A stretch of DNA of 64,000 bases from Takakia lepidozioides (GCA_030704615.1 CM060733.1:31000001-31064000), one strand, 5' to 3'. Numbered from the stretch's first letter, positions 14,101 to 28,515 are shown. Program-made: numbers and translations. Notes: generated by a model from the letters alone, not told the origin.

Positions 14101-17100
14101 TTATGAGTACATTCTGACTAGTAGATCCTGGTCTGTTCATCTCTGCTGGGTTCTGTTGAAGCCCTTGTTCTTGGGGGGTGAGAGTGAGGGGATTTAATAA
14201 GGGCGATGGTCCTTCTCCACAAAGGAAAATATATTGTGGACTAGTCCCTGTGAACAGTAATGTCGAGGGTGCAGTTCCCTCTCTGTATGAACCCTATGGG
14301 AGCCTGTGGGAAGAAAGTTAGTATGTAAGGAGGGGAGATGAGAATGTGTCTCTGCGTATGGGACCAGCGCAAGGAAGGCTGGACTCTCCTGATCTCTTTA
14401 CATGTGCCATGGCAGCTTTGTTTTAATTTCCCACCAGGAATGACAACAACAGCTGGTGCCCCCTTCTGGAGTGGAACAAAGAGGGCTCCGACATCAGTGA
14501 CGTTCGATCCTCTCAACACACTTCACCTTGACTTTATTATGGCAGCCGCTAACTTACAGGCCACCGTCTACGGCCTCAAGGGGTGCCATGATCGACCTCC
14601 TTTCGTAGAGCTTCTTCAGAGTATTGTCATTCCACCCTTCGAACCTAAAGTAAATCTCACTTCCTTTCTATGTTCCAGTTATCCAACCGTCTCTTTTGTC
14701 ACTTCAGATATCAAGGGTTGCAGTACCTGGGTCCTGAAAATGTCAAATCACAGCAATTGGAAGGTCCTTGCCCCATGCTCTCTCTTTCTCCCCCAATACC
14801 CCCATTCTCATAGGCAACATTTGCAGCATATGGTCATCGAGTACATTCTCCCTGTCACTCTGTCTTTACCCTCTTCCTAGTCACCATGCTCTCTTTACCT
14901 ACTCTATTTCCTTTCTCTTGACCTTCCCTTATCTTGTGTGCTCTCCCGCCCCACTAAGAACAGTAGGTGTGCAGGAAGGGGTGAAGATTGCAGTGACGGA
15001 TAATGAGTTGCGGAGCATGGGGAACCACCCACGAAGGGGTCGCTTGAGTGCTGAAGACTGTGATGCTTCTGATGCCTGTGAAGCCATCTTGCAAGAGCTA
15101 CCAACGCCTGCCACTCTTGCGGTAATCCATGGCCTCCTCTCCCTTGTGCCAGGATAAGGCTCATGACCTCCTGTCACTTGTGACACAAGAGTTTTTCCCC
15201 CTTTGCCCGTATGAGATCTGCATGGTCCTGATGGTTTAAGTCTGTTTTGATGTGGATTAAGGGTGAAGACAGAGGCTGGAAACGGAACTGTGGGCTAACT
15301 GGCTACTGCTGTTTTGGTACTCAGAATGTCAGTTGATAATAGAAGCTGCAACTATTTTTCCATTGGAAATCCTTACCCTTGGATGTGCGAGTTGTTTCAC
15401 CCCTTAGTACCTTCTCGCACAACTTTACCCAAGACTGTCTGTCCTAGAGAACCCGTGCAAGAATCGTCGAAGAATTACTGAAGAGTAACTATCCTAAGAT
15501 TTAAACCCCAGCCTGATTAGCCTGATTATCAATATTTCAATTGATTTCGAGACACCAGAGTCAATGGGAGAATGCAGACGCCCTTTGTATTTTTTTTTAA
15601 AGGATGTCCCGATACATATTATCACTAGTCCATAGAAGGTTACAACGTGTCCAGTCAGGCAAAAACGCTTACAGCTATAGCCGCTCTTGCAGGCTTGGCC
15701 GGCGCAATCTGCATTGGTACGTTCTTTTGTCCATTGACAATGCCTCCCTCCTTTGTCAGACTTGGGGTTTCTCACTGCCTCGTAGAGAGAGAAGAGAGCG
15801 TAATGAGCACATTCTGTCGCATTGTACCATTTTTGGACTTTTTAACAAGGTACAGCTGTCACACACAATCTCTGGGGAGTGGCTAGGTTGTCCAACAGTT
15901 AATAAAATATGCTCTGCAAACAGGAAAAGGGAGACCTTTGGGGATGGAATGTGGAGCATGGTGTGATCTTGCCTCCTTTTCTTGCTTCCTTGTGTCAGGC
16001 TGAAGGAAGGTTATGCTGTTTGTTAGAAATTTGTTGAAGGTGTGTGGGTTGCGGTTGCAGGGTTACAGACTGACCCCCATTGAATATGAGAAGGATGATG
16101 AGCGCAACTTTCACACCGAGTTTGTGACCACAGCTGCTAACTTACGGGCACAAAATTATGGCATTCCTGCCACCAACAAGCTACAGGTCAGAGTTGATTC
16201 AAACCTCTCATCTGGCTGCCTGTCTCTGTTGCCTTACCACTAAATGTGGGATATGCAGGTATAACAGATTTAAAGTAGGGGTTATGGTTACAAGCAGAAT
16301 GGTGTGTTTATCCATCTGCCCCTCCACACTAGAACTTGGGTAAACCAAAGTCCAACAGGGAATTCCTGGAACCACTTAGAAGTTGCATGATGGGTGGGTG
16401 GGACAATGCTTTCCAACATAGTGAGTGAGGGTTGCAGGCAAGGCTAGTAGGCGGCAGGGCAATACCAGCAATTGTCACAAGTACAGCAGTGGTGGGTGGT
16501 CTCATGTGTTTGGAGCTGTACAAGATAGTTCAGCGCAAGCCTCTTTCGCACCACAAGCATGCCTTCTTCAACCTGGCAGTACCTCTATTCTCTTTTGCAC
16601 AGCCCATCAAAGCAATTGCGCACACGGTACGCAGCTCTTTGTTTCCCTCATTTTCTCCGCTGTGGATTTCTCGTCTTGTCCCCAGAACAGGAAATGTGTA
16701 ATCAATCCAGAGCATATTTCATGGACGAAAAACATGGGTCACAAATTTGACAGACCAGGGGAGGGTGGTGGAGCAAGCCACCTTCCTAGGAAATGCAGAA
16801 GGGGAGAAGAGGCATAATCATAAAGAGCTCTCTCTTTCTCTCATAAGTCTCATTAGTTCTTTTATTCTCTATTTCGTCTCATGTTTTGCAAGGGTTACTT
16901 TTAAAATGATGGTCTACAAGTAGCTGGATTGTAAGCTTGGTTGGGTGTCAGGTTGCAAGACGGCAGGAAGCACCACTAGTATGGACATTGTGGGATAGGT
17001 TTGAGATGGACTGCCTGGGCATGACGCTGGAGATGTTTTTAGCAGAGTTCAAGCGACAGCAAGGACTTGAGGTAATTGACCTCTGTTCTGGGAAATCCTT

Positions 17101-17641
17101 AGAAGAGGGGTGGGGTACAAAGACACTCGGCTATTGTTTTTTCTCATCATTATATGTCTTTTTCTCTTCATGCTCCTTGTTCCTTTGAAGCCAGGCACAG
17201 GTCTATGGTGAACAAGGATATTGCCAGCAGATTTTACAGTAAATCGTCTCTCTCCGCCCCATGGCACTTTGATCAGTTGTTCCTCTACTATCTCTCACCT
17301 GCAAAACCCTAAGTGAAGGAAACACTGTAGCCCAGTTTAGGCCTGCATACGAAGGAATTGTGAATGTATTAAACTTACCAGTTGTATGATGACTCATGAA
17401 AGGTCCTTTGATGTGGGGACAGATTACTATGATTTCATTTGGGAAGAGCTTGTTGTATGCCGAGTTTCTACCTCGGAAGAAGCTGCAAGACAGAATGCCG
17501 CTCTCGTTGATAGATCTGGTTACTGTGGTGGGGAAAGTTACCCTGCCTCCAAATGAATCCAAGATTACCTTCTCCATTTCATGTACAGATGCTAATGATG
17601 AGGATGTGGAGGTGCCAGATGTTGTGACCCAAGTGCGCTAG
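8159..17641 (+). CDS. UBA1: Ubiquitin-activating enzyme E1 (UBA1-like), multi-exon, divergent
   Basis: YSRLIY..VLVVGCKAVGAEVAKNLVLSGV (inactive adenylation domain), QWLYFDAIECL, VVGAGGIGSEVLKN (active adenylation domain), GTKGSVQV, catalytic PICTLKNFP (~12140-12165), FWSGTKRAP, YEKDDERNFH, AIPAIVTSTAVVGGL, and a C-terminal UFD (WTLWDRF..EDVEVP). TAG stop at 17639-17641. Confidence 0.92.
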
Positions 17642-18999
17642 TTAGTTGGGCTCGCAATGGTCTCCCCACAATGCAAAGGCTGGGCACCATTCTACCCGTT
17701 GTCATTATTTCCTTGTACATTCATTTGCTGGGCGCCATGAGCACCTGTCCTCCATTTCAGTACTTGCTTCTTGTTTTCCGATTGGTCCTTGGGGCTTCTC
17801 CTTTTCATGCACAGATGTTAATGGTAAGAATGATGCCAGTTAGTTGGCCTCATGGCCAGGGAAGGCTTTCCTGTTCCCCCAGAGAAGGCTTTCCACCTTT
17901 TCACCTGCTGTGATTATTTCATTCCATGGTGAATTTGCTGGGCATTGGCAGCCCAATGGACTAGCTTTAACTTTCAATCAAAGCCTCTCCATATAATACG
18001 CATACATTGAGTGTCACTAATTTTCTCGACAAGTCAAATTGTAGATTTGCTGAAAGGCAATCACATAATCTCAATCTTAGCGTCTTTGGGGAAATGAAGT
18101 GAAAATTGCAAGTGCTTAGATTTTGGTAAGCTTTTTATCAAAACATCAACAACCATGTTTTCTTGAAGGCAACAGATCACTTCAACTTCTCCTTTACTTA
18201 ACAACCTCCCAAACGCACTCATGTCTAGTTCTTGAATGATATTTTGGCTTTTGATTTAATGCAATCGCACTTTGATTGACACAATACATAGTTGTGTAGT
18301 GTGCGGCTCTAAGGACTCCAAATCTCCAAGAAGCTTTTGCAACCAAACAACTTCCTTTGTTGTTTGTTTAGCTAACTTGTTTGAAGTTTGTTGTTTGTTA
18401 GACAATACACTGCTAGAACAATGCAATGGCCTAAAATAAATCTTCTACGATGAACTCAAACAATGTTGGACTCTTCTTTCGGCCGTGAAAACTGTCAGAT
18501 GATGATGTTCGTCTAAGATATCGAAAATCCTTTCATAGCTACCCAATGGATATGTCCTAGTTTGAAAAAGATAGTGAAATCACAATGTCGGGCCTTGTAC
18601 AAACGAATAGAGTATTTTAAGTTCTCACCCACACTTTACTTTGACTTGAGCTTTGAGCCAGATTTAGTCTCATATGAAGGGAATTCCTTATTTTGGACTA
18701 TTCCAGGTTTTATCTATGAGCAAGCCCTATCTACCACCGTAGAGCCCCTTGACATTTCCTTTGTTTTTCCTCATTGAAGAGAAGGCCTATGAACACATCA
18801 ATTGTTATGTTGGTTTGTCATATTAAGGAAATAATGAAACTGTCATAGGATTCAGGTAAAACTTAATGTTGTTTAACTAAATTTGTTTTGGTCATTTTCC
18901 GACCAGAGAACTTGTGTCGCAACTTGCGACATTACTTCATTCGTCTCAAATATAGCTATTAATTTATCTCAGACCTTTTTGGAAATTGGTGACCAAATT

Positions 19000-21130
19000 T
19001 ATCTGATTGTCTTTTAAGCTCATTACCTAGTCTTTTGATTTCCCAACTACCGCAAGTTTCTTCTTATGGACCATCGATGGAAAAGAAGAGAACAGAACTT
19101 GTTTGATAACAATGAGGAGGTATGGCCCCCACCTATGACACCATCCAAGCGGTTTTGGGAAGACCAATGGAAAGAGACCCTTGGGGGAGGGGTCACGCCC
19201 AATTGACGTGTTGGGCATGAAGTGCCTTTCAATCTTCTACGAATTGCCATATTGGGCAGTAAATATTACTGAACAAACCATCAATATTATTAAAACATGT
19301 ATGACATATTGCACATACTGTTGAGTGCCCTTGTTACTTACGTGTCAAAGTATTTATGTAACAATGCGTGGGTGGGGATTCTCAATATGTGCTCGTCCAT
19401 TTTTCGTGTTCTTGTTGGCGTGCCGGCAAAGAAGGGAGTGGTTGCAAAAGGAGATTCTTTCAATGTGAGACGAGATCTTAAAGATTATCTTATATGTACT
19501 TTCTAAGTCTTCGTATAATGTTCAAAGAAATATATTCATAAAAAATGAATAGGGTCGGGAATCTCGGCCTCTTCCACTAAATGCACTACCAGGTGTACTT
19601 GGACGTCAGAAAACGAGGGAGGTAGGTGCATATCCAACATACACATCATCACCGCCGCCTCCACCTTCATGCGTGGAAAATTCTTTTCATCCATCCATTT
19701 GGAGCAAATCCACCAGAACAAGTCTTCCAATTTATAAATCGCTTTGCAAATGCTTGGAGTCAATGTCCCACGTATTGCAAGTGACAAGATGTCTTGCAAT
19801 ATATTGTGGCAGTTATGAGACTTCAAACTATGGATTGTGTCTTCACTAAATTTCAAACGGATGATGATCTTTATTCGGTTGGTGTCCATATAGCACATAT
19901 GGTGGCATTCACTTTCTTGTATTCTTCCTTTATCCATTGTCTGCAATGTGATTGCATATACTTCCACCTTGCAACACCCTTTGGGTCCCAACCATTTTGT
20001 TCGGCCCATAGATGTGGCATACGACATTTTTAATGGCGCATCCGAAAAGCAGTATGGTGGAGGGGTATACATTGCAAGAAATTTGTTCTATTGCATGGAG
20101 TAGATGACAAGCTGGGTGGATAAGGAAACCCCTCGAATGTGCAAAGAATATGAGGATGTACAGACCAATGACATTGTTCTACCCGAAAATTCAAAAATGA
20201 TAAAACTATTGGTTGAGCAAACCCATGAGTTTATACTGAAGAACAATCTATCCATACATGAGTAGAGACAAGACACACGAACCTTGTGAAGCGATGAGAT
20301 GGAAAGACTCATTTGTGGAGGCGAAGGGAGGCTAAAGCAGTACGAGCTTAGGATGAGAATGTTCTTTCAAAAGTTTTGCACATGAAAGTGCAACTTTTTG
20401 CCATTGACTTCGAACTGGAGTCAAAGATGCAAATGCTCAAGGTAAGATGGTTCCAGATTTGATGCCAGACATTGCACGTGACCCCTCCCAATTTGCTTTC
20501 TCATACACCTCAGTTTTGGTCCATAATCATCATTTCGGCATTCGTGCTCTTGACATGAAGCGCAAAACAACACTTGATTCTGGCTTGTGTGCAACATACT
20601 AGCAAGGCTTTATATCAAGCACGAGAGACACATGACTTATGCAGAACAAACTTGATTTATACATTGGGGAGCTTGAGAGCACATTACAACTTCAGTATAC
20701 AAAATATCAGCCTCTTCTCTTCAAAGGACGATGATTCCAACCACATCTTGTAGGACCTTCTGCAACATTAATCCAAGATCAGTGTGGTTTTATGCGCATC
20801 AATGCGGATAGACTGATGTCTACAAATTGTATGTGGGATGAGCATTTTGCATGGCATTTGGACATGAAGCAAATTATGTTTTCCCAAGACAATTAAACAA
20901 GACCGGGAAAGTGGAAGGTAGTTGTGAGTGCCTATCCAAGAGGAAGATATATCTATCATGTTCATGGATTTACATGTTGCAGAGGAAGAGACCGGTCATG
21001 ATGATGAGACCAATGTCAATGAGAACATGGCTAATGTGGTATTGCCAACTACGGACAACATTACACTTCACATATTACATCATGAATCAAGTGTTAATGA
21101 TGTTGGAGGAGGGATAGAGTAGATAGATGA
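19000..21130 (+). mobile_element. Degraded CACTA/En-Spm Tnp2 transposase remnant with an internally inverted segment
   Basis: + strand has GMKCLSIFYELPYW (~19215-19257) and SMVEGY-like/DUF4216-like pieces (20040-20950). The DUF4218-like part (LKSHNCH..LPPSFSDVQVHLVVHLVEE) lies on the - strand at 19536-20072. Confidence 0.75.
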
Positions 21131-21649
21131 CAAATGATGATGCTAATTCTGGCAGTAACAGTGTATATGAAGCCTCATCTAATATAGATGTTGGAGAAGA
21201 AAATGAAGACATGACCATCAACGATGAGATGGAAGATGCAAGTGATATCCCTCACGATAGCCATAACAACTCCAAAAGCTAGTCCTCCTATTACACCCTA
21301 CCTCCAAACGGTTCAACCTCATCAACGTTGACATATTCCAAGGTGGGCCACCAATCCACACAATCCCCCATTGATTCCTACCTTTTAAAACGTGCCTCAT
21401 CTACATATGCCAATATTGCCTAACATGACTCTGCTTTGATATACTACTTGACCAATGGATCAACAAAAAGCCAAATCAGTGGAGTGATTCTTAATTATCA
21501 ATTGTCTATCCATTTTATGCTAAATGGTTCACATAATAGCTGCATTGGGAATTGAATCCTTCGCCATCCCATAACATACAAATAGATTGACAATACATAA
21601 ATCAAATTCAAGGCTTCGCTATGAACTGCTGCACACAAACAAACACCTT

Positions 21650-24600
21650 CACTACAGCAATGGGGGGGGGGGGCGGTTTTGCGACGCCCGACTGACCTCC
21701 CTGAGGTTATTAAGGGGGTCTAAAGCCGTCGCGGCCAAGTCCCAAATACCGACCCCTGAGAGGCATCGCTAAAAAGGCGTCGGTAAATCGGACAGTTAAG
21801 ACCGAACCCCAGGGGATCGCCGAATTGCCCCGACACTAGGCCCCTCTAGCCGACCCCTTGTCCGACGTTGTGGAGCTTTGCCTATGCGACCCTCAGGGGT
21901 CGCACTGCTACTTTTTATTAAAAAAAATTGAAAACGGTTAAAAGGTTCGGAATACCGACCGACCCCATGGGGTCGGACTTACCTAGCGATGGATATGGTG
22001 GTTCCGGGGGTATAGCCATGTTGCGACCTCAAGGGGGTCGGAGTAAGCTATCGGCGGCAGGAGGTGATGCGACCCCCAGATGTCGTATTTACGTAGCGAC
22101 GGGTCTAGCGGGTAGGCATAGGTATCGCCACTGTGCGACCCCAAAGCCGTCGTAGGTACCTAGCGACGGGTATAGCGGGGGTAGCGGGTATCGCCACTAT
22201 GCGACCCCTCTAAGGTTGGTAATACGTAGCGACGGGTATGGCAGAGGTCGGGGTATGGCCACTTTGCGACATCCAAGGAGTCGAAGTTACCCAACAACGG
22301 GTATGGCGGGGGCCATGGTATCGCCACTGTGCGACCCCCAAAGGGTCGGCGTTACACAACAACGGGTCTAGCGGGGGCCGTTGTATCGCCATTGTGCGAC
22401 CCCCAGGGGGTCGGAGTTACGTAGCGATGGGTATGGCGGGGGTCGTGGTATCCCCACTGTGCGACCCTCAGGGGGTTGCAGTTACGTAGCGACGGGTATG
22501 GATGGGCCAGGTTTCGTGGGGCAGTTGCAGGGTTGAGTGGACCAAAAACGGCAGATCCTGCTCCATGAAAGTCCATGACCAAAAAAACAAAGTTGAGGAT
22601 ACTATCCCAAAATATGTTTTTAGTGATAGATAATATTATATTGAATATGTTTAGTAAAGAGTCCTACCCCAAATACTAAAGATATAATTAATTATATATT
22701 TTAGTCTATTATTTAGAGAAATTATGAAAAAATAAAAATTAGAGTTTACAAAAAAATTCAATATGACACCTATCCATTGAAGATTATAGGTTTTTATACT
22801 TCTAGAAAAAGAATGTCCAAAAAACAAGATGAACTATGGACTTTTCAAAAAACACCTATTTATTTGACATATATTAGTCCATATGAGTCAAATGACAAAT
22901 GATTTTGTCACCTCAAATCCATACTTATGATGTGGACCAAAATGGCCACCTTATGTCCAAATTTCAATGGAATTCACTAATGGCACATATGAGAACTTGA
23001 GTCCATTGTAATTCCATTCATTGTGGTAACAGTCCACAATGATGGTGTTCAAAAGTCCATAGCGGAGTCATTTCTTATCGGATTCATGATTGGAGAGTTG
23101 CTATGGGTGCGTATTGAAGCTAGAAATCCAATGACATATATATTCTGGTTTTAATGAGTTAATTCAATTTCAATTGATGACACCATCAATTTCAGTCATC
23201 TAAAACTGTGCTGGTAACGTCCATTTTGGTCCAGTCAACCCTACATTCATCCCGCGAGTAGCGACCCCTAGGTAGTCGGTTCACGGGAAGTTATTGGGGA
23301 GGAGAAAGCGACCACAAGGGGTTGGTGGACGGATTTGCTTGTGTTAATCCTAAACCGATCCCCCCAAGGGGTCGGTGCTTATAAGCGACGTGCAGGGCAC
23401 ACCCTAAAGCGACGTGCAGGACACACCCTAAAGCGACCCACGGGGGGGTCAGTGTTTCCAGGCGACGGGATGGGGCATGCTTGGGTGAATCCTAAAGCGA
23501 CCCCCAGGGGGTCGCCCCTCAAATGATGTTTTCATCTTGTTTTATTTATTTGCTTTATATTACCCCTGCACATTGGCCGGTCGCCTTGTAAATTGTAGTA
23601 CCGTTCTTGGGGCCGAGAACCTTCATACAGCCTCTTTGTAGGTGTAACCTATATGTCCACAACAAGCCCGCGAGAGACATCGCAAATTAGACGACAATCA
23701 ACTACTGCTAGAAATAATCAATAAAATATAACAAAGCTCTTATCATGTACAAACATTATATAATATGCATCTTCTATAGTACTAGATATCCTCATGGACT
23801 TCGACGTCCTCGAGGGTCAACATATCATCCATCATCATCATCCCGATCACTCTCGCCCTCATCCTCCCGTCGCTCACCCTCATCCTCATCCTCATCCTCA
23901 CTAGTCTGGCCCTCATCCTCGACATTGGTCACCCTATGGTCAGTAGTGCTACTAGTAATACTTCGTTTTTTTGTACTCTTCGCGGAGAGGGCCCTATGGG
24001 TCTTGATGCGCTCAAGAAGCGCGGGGTATCTTTCATTCTTGACAAATCTCCTCCACGCTTGGGTGTCTCCCAAACCTACGACGCTACACAATCACTGCAA
24101 ACAACCTTAATTAGTTTATGCAAGATATACCAAAGAGATAGCCATATGTAGACAAAGCAACACATTAAAGTGAATGCATCCATGAAATGCTTACAAATCG
24201 GGTCGCGAATGACTTGTGCCCTCCCGGACCAAACTTGTGGGTGCAGGTATCTAGCCCTTTATTTTTGCGTAACGTGGCCGCCTCACGACCCCTAGCAAAT
24301 TGAGCCATCTTTTTGGCATCAGCCTCCTCGGCAATGAGAATGTCCCATGACTCCTAAACAAGCAACCACTACATTAGCTTTACTTCTTCAAATTGAAGCA
24401 TGCATGCATCATTAACATCTTGCACATGTCCAAAATTCAATGAATGAAATAGGAAGGACGGTGTGGAGTTCATATCTCACTGATATTTGATGGCCTAATG
24501 GCTTTGACACCGTTCTTCGCTGCTTGTCGGATCTCCTTCCTTGCACGATATCGCCTATCATTGAGGTTCTTTCTGATCAACCCCATCAAGCGGGACTCAC

Positions 24601-26123
24601 TCCAACCACCCCCAAACTTCTTCTCCAATTCGGCTACAAATCCCCTACAGTGCTCCCATGGTTGTTGATCCCAATCTACTTGCAAAGAGAACCATCGGGC
24701 CGCTTTTGGAAAGGCATGCCTCCTCAATGCTTCCCAAAACTCTCCAACTGGATACCCATACTTGTTAGCCTCTAGAGGTGGGACCTTCGTAAGCACCTCC
24801 AGCCCTCCCTTCTTCCCTCTCTTCCCGCGCTTACAAGGCTCTCCTTTTACTGAACCCTCTCCAATATCTCCCTTCCCACTACCCTCCCCCAACTCTCCGA
24901 CTTTGAGAGGGGTATCCTCAATGCAAGGTTTCTTCTTCTTCTTCCTAACGGGCTTTTCCACTATCTTTGTTTTCCCTCTCCCCACAACAGCCTCAACCTC
25001 CTCCATCTCTCTCTCTCTCTACGTCTCTCTCCGGCTCCCTCGGCAATGACCAGAGGTCTCTCAAGGGCACGTGGCATTGGGTCCACAAATGGAGCTTACA
25101 ATTACAATGGGTTTTGTGAGGCCCTTGGCCAATCTCTGCAAGTCATGTACACAAACCAAATAAAGATAACAAAAACAAAAAGAATGCAGTAGGCAATACA
25201 ACAAAATGGCGAGAGAGATACTGGCCTCATGATGCTCCGAGGCGATGGTATCCTTGGACCTGAGCGCGGGCATCTCAGGCACCTCGAGTTCAGGTGCCAA
25301 AAGTTGTCCCATTGATGGCAATGGAACCCCCATTGCCGCCAAAGATGCTATGAGTTGTGCTTGCTCTTCAAGAGAGGCTTGACCCCAACTGCCATTAGCT
25401 AGAGTCACAGCAACGAGCTGGCCAAATGCGAGGCCCTTCCTGGCCGAGGACTGGCCACCCAATGGAGGTATCATGGACATGAGCGAGAGAGGCGCCTTGG
25501 GTACCATGAGATGCATCACGCCATGAAGAACTCCCCAATCTTTCAACATGAGCATCATTTGGGCCAAGCGGCATTAGCTACCTCCCCACGTATGGGACCC
25601 CTCTCCACCCTCTCTCTCTCTCTCGTGCGTTGATCAGAAAATCCCGTTGACATGTCATAACCCTCCTAACCTTGGTGGTTGAAGAAGCACCAGGAGCAAT
25701 GTCCAATTGGCCCATCCTAGGACCATCTTGAAAAATCTTTATATTACTCGTATACAATGCTTCTAACGAAGGAGAGATGGTAGCGCTAGATACTGCAGGC
25801 CCAATGGTGGACTCATCAATAGTACCAGTAGTATCCGGCACAAGAGCCACTTCAACTACAACACCTTGGCCCAAGAGGGGGGCATCATCATCAACACGGT
25901 GCTCGGGGGGGCCACTGTTACTCTCGGGCTCATGAAATGAAGGAGCAAGCACAGGAGGAGGGGAAGGTCGGGGGGTCAAACCAGATTTCTTTCGTGTACT
26001 TGAGCGATACAGGTTTGCTTTTGGTTTTCTCAGTTTCTTTGCAGCAGGGGTCTTCTCCGAATCCTTGGCCATGTCTGAAATGAACTACAACATATGAATT
26101 CAAAGAAAATATCCTAAAAAACA
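21650..26123 (-). mobile_element. CACTA element 1 (one terminus in window) with subterminal repeats and a TnpA/PTTA-like gene; interrupted at 26124
   Basis: CACTACAGCAA terminus at 21650, followed by dense GCGACCCC/GGGGTCGC repeats. Minus-strand exons 26072-23825 include FVAELEKKF..LIRKNLNDRRYRARKEI..RPSNIS and ESWDILIAEE..THKFGPGGHKSF, which resemble CACTA second-ORF proteins. Confidence 0.8.
21960..22500. repeat. ~60-bp subterminal tandem repeat array of CACTA element 1 (more copies at ~23260-23520)
   Basis: Repeated unit approximately CGTAGCGACGGGTATGGCGGGGG..GGTATCGCCACTGTGCGACCCCCAGGGGGTCGGAGTTA. Confidence 0.85.
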
Positions 26124-26479
26124 TGTCAAGTTAAATAAACACAGTGTGAAACTAACTAAAATAAATCTAGTTATTTGTATTTAACACTTGGATTTAGTTC
26201 AAGTGTTGAGTCAGGTGTAAAGTTTAGTTTGACACCTGAACCGTCTTATCTTCACGAGAGCGTCAGTCGTGCGGCTCATCTCTCTCGAGTTGAGCTTGCA
26301 CGACCGAGCTCCTTCACTGCTTAGAATCTGAGTGTGTTTATGAAGGGAGAATAGGACGTTGTGGGGTGGAGTCCCCATAGCTTGGGGTGCCCCTGGCTCG
26401 ACTCTTAGTTTTAATGAGTGATTGTGTTGTGTTTTGTGTTTCTTTGTTATCAGACATGTGAGGTTAGTTCTTTCAATCA
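26124..26479 (+). repeat. 5' terminal repeat A of copy 1 (TG...CA)
   Basis: Clear but diverged homolog of 45776-46130 and 57282-57634. Confidence 0.9.
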
Positions 26480-27924
26480 CTCGAGAGAGATGAGCTCTTA
26501 CCTGTGAGTGCAAGGTAGGAGTTGAGGGTTAGCACTTGTATGATTGCCTGTGTGTGAGTAGTGCTTAATTTGAGAAGTTTAAAAATAAAAATAAAAATAA
26601 AAATAAAATAAAAAAACATGCAGGTTTCGATCATCTCTGGTTTTTGGGTATATAGATGGTCATGGGAAGCATAGCAATCAGAGGAGGGCTCCTGCCTCTT
26701 GGTTTTGGATGGTGGAGACGAAAGGTTGCCAAAAGAGAGGTGAGGGCTGCAACTTCGCAATGAGATTGCCCGCAGAGAGGTGGCACGGTTCTCATCTTCT
26801 TGCACACAGCTCAAGCAATGAGCATAGAACGGCTCTGGCTCGAGTTCGTCTCACATCTCAGTCACAATGGTGGGACACTGATAAGGGGGTGCAATCTTCC
26901 TGTATGATGTGGAAATTGTTGTTGAAGGGGCTCGTGATTCAAGCCAGCATGCAGATGTTTTCTGGACTCAATCGTATCTCCAGCTGCTAAGATGGTTGAG
27001 AATTGTTGCCTGCCGTCGCTCCTCTTCTGCCGTCGTTCCACGAAGTCACCGTCCATCGTTGGCGTCAGTTGGGGGCCGCCTTCCAGTCGTCCTGTGGTGG
27101 AAGCGAGTGGAAGATGGGAGCTGTGATGGTATTCATAGTATTCATGCAGCTGCCTTGGTGGGGAAAGTGAATGCGAGACTGACAGCTCAACTGGGTACAA
27201 AGCAGCATTCAGACTCTACCGCGCGGGTGCGGAGCCCGTTGTTCTTGAAATTTCCACATATTCCTCTCTATTTCTTTCTGGTTGGCAATGGAACAGGAAA
27301 AATATGGGCAAACGATGCAGCTTGCATGTTGCAGAGAAGATCCTGCAGGATGGCCATAGGGGATTCATCTGCACTGATATGAACGCAAGCAGGGAGGGAG
27401 GAAGAGATCTTTCAGAGATTCCGAAGGAAGTGTCGACAAGGGGAGTGCCGACCTGCTCTCCTACATACCCGCACACTGCCTGCCGTCTCCTAATCGACAA
27501 CCATGCTTATGGCTTCTGCAAAGAATATCACAACTAGATGTGTCTTGATCAGCTGTGGAATGCACAATAAATCGGTGGTCATAAGTTTGGGCGGGAGCTT
27601 CTCAACATACTCAATTATGCCTTGAATTTGAGAAGTAGATTCTTCCGAAGTGTAGGCAGGTTTATGTTGGGAAACCTCAACTGAAACCACACTGTCACCT
27701 ACATAGGGCTGGAGGCTGGGTAGGCAAGCCTGGCCCCACCACCCTAACGCATTGGCGCTGGTGAAAAAACAGAAGGGTCTCTAGGATCCTGATAGTCCAG
27801 CGGGTGGCTGGTGATCCTCGGGTTTTGGAGGATTGAACCTCAAGGTTGTGTTTGTTGCAGGAGAGCATGAGAGTGGGAGACTGTGGACTTACCAGGTGAC
27901 ACTTGGTGTATGAGCGGGATATGA

Positions 27925-28095
27925 GCTGAAAGGATCGACTCAACGTTGCCATCGGTGTGGCAAACGCGCTGGTGTACCTGCATCATGAGTGCCCGGAGCA
28001 CAGGGTGTACTGTGATCTGAAGCCTTCTCACGTTTTCCTTGACAGAAAGGCCAAGAACCACATCACCGACCTTCGCATCCCACGCTTTGCTACAG
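27925..28095 (+). pseudogene. Captured receptor-like kinase fragment (subdomains VIa-VII) in the 5' region of copy 1
   Basis: Manual translation DRLNVAIGVANALVYLHHECPEHRVYCDLKPSHVFLD matches the RLK consensus RLxIAxxVAxALxYLHHxC..IVHCDLKPSNILLD. Confidence 0.8.
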
Positions 28096-28515
28096 CATAA
28101 GAGCACAGAATGAGAAGAGGGGTAAATCCAGACTGTGAGAACTACATGAACATGTTCAGAACCCGTAGATAATCTGGGAACAGTTTTTAATGGCGAGAAC
28201 GTTGTGGTGTTAAAATAAAAATAAAAACCCTTTTTTTAATCTAATTTAAATGATTTAGAGCCTAATTGGTCATATCTTTGTCAAATGGACTCCGTTTGAC
28301 TCAGTTTTTGGGGGGATAGCTGCAGAAAGGGGAAATCTACCTATCTAGACTCTGCTAAAAATCTCTGGGATTTTTTGAGTGTGTGTGCTATGAAAGATCC
28401 ACAATTCTGTTTCTAGAACCTGTTGTGGTCTACATGAGAGACAAATATGGGGATGTCCTCCTTGTATGGCTGGGAGAAATGAGGACGTAATTGAAGGGCA
28501 GGTCTCTTCTCTTAG

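Noticed and set aside
8422-17913. Many short alternative-frame and antisense ORFs in the ORF track
   Set aside because: They overlap E1 exons and introns (and elsewhere TE coding strands) and show no recognisable motifs.
21960-22500. CRISPR-like array
   Set aside because: Degenerate tandem units without unique spacers, next to a CACTA terminus in a eukaryotic context; these are subterminal repeats.
26780-26880. Weak resemblance (LWLEFVSHL..WWD) to Rab3GAP catalytic subunit
   Set aside because: Too short and frameshifted to support without a database search.
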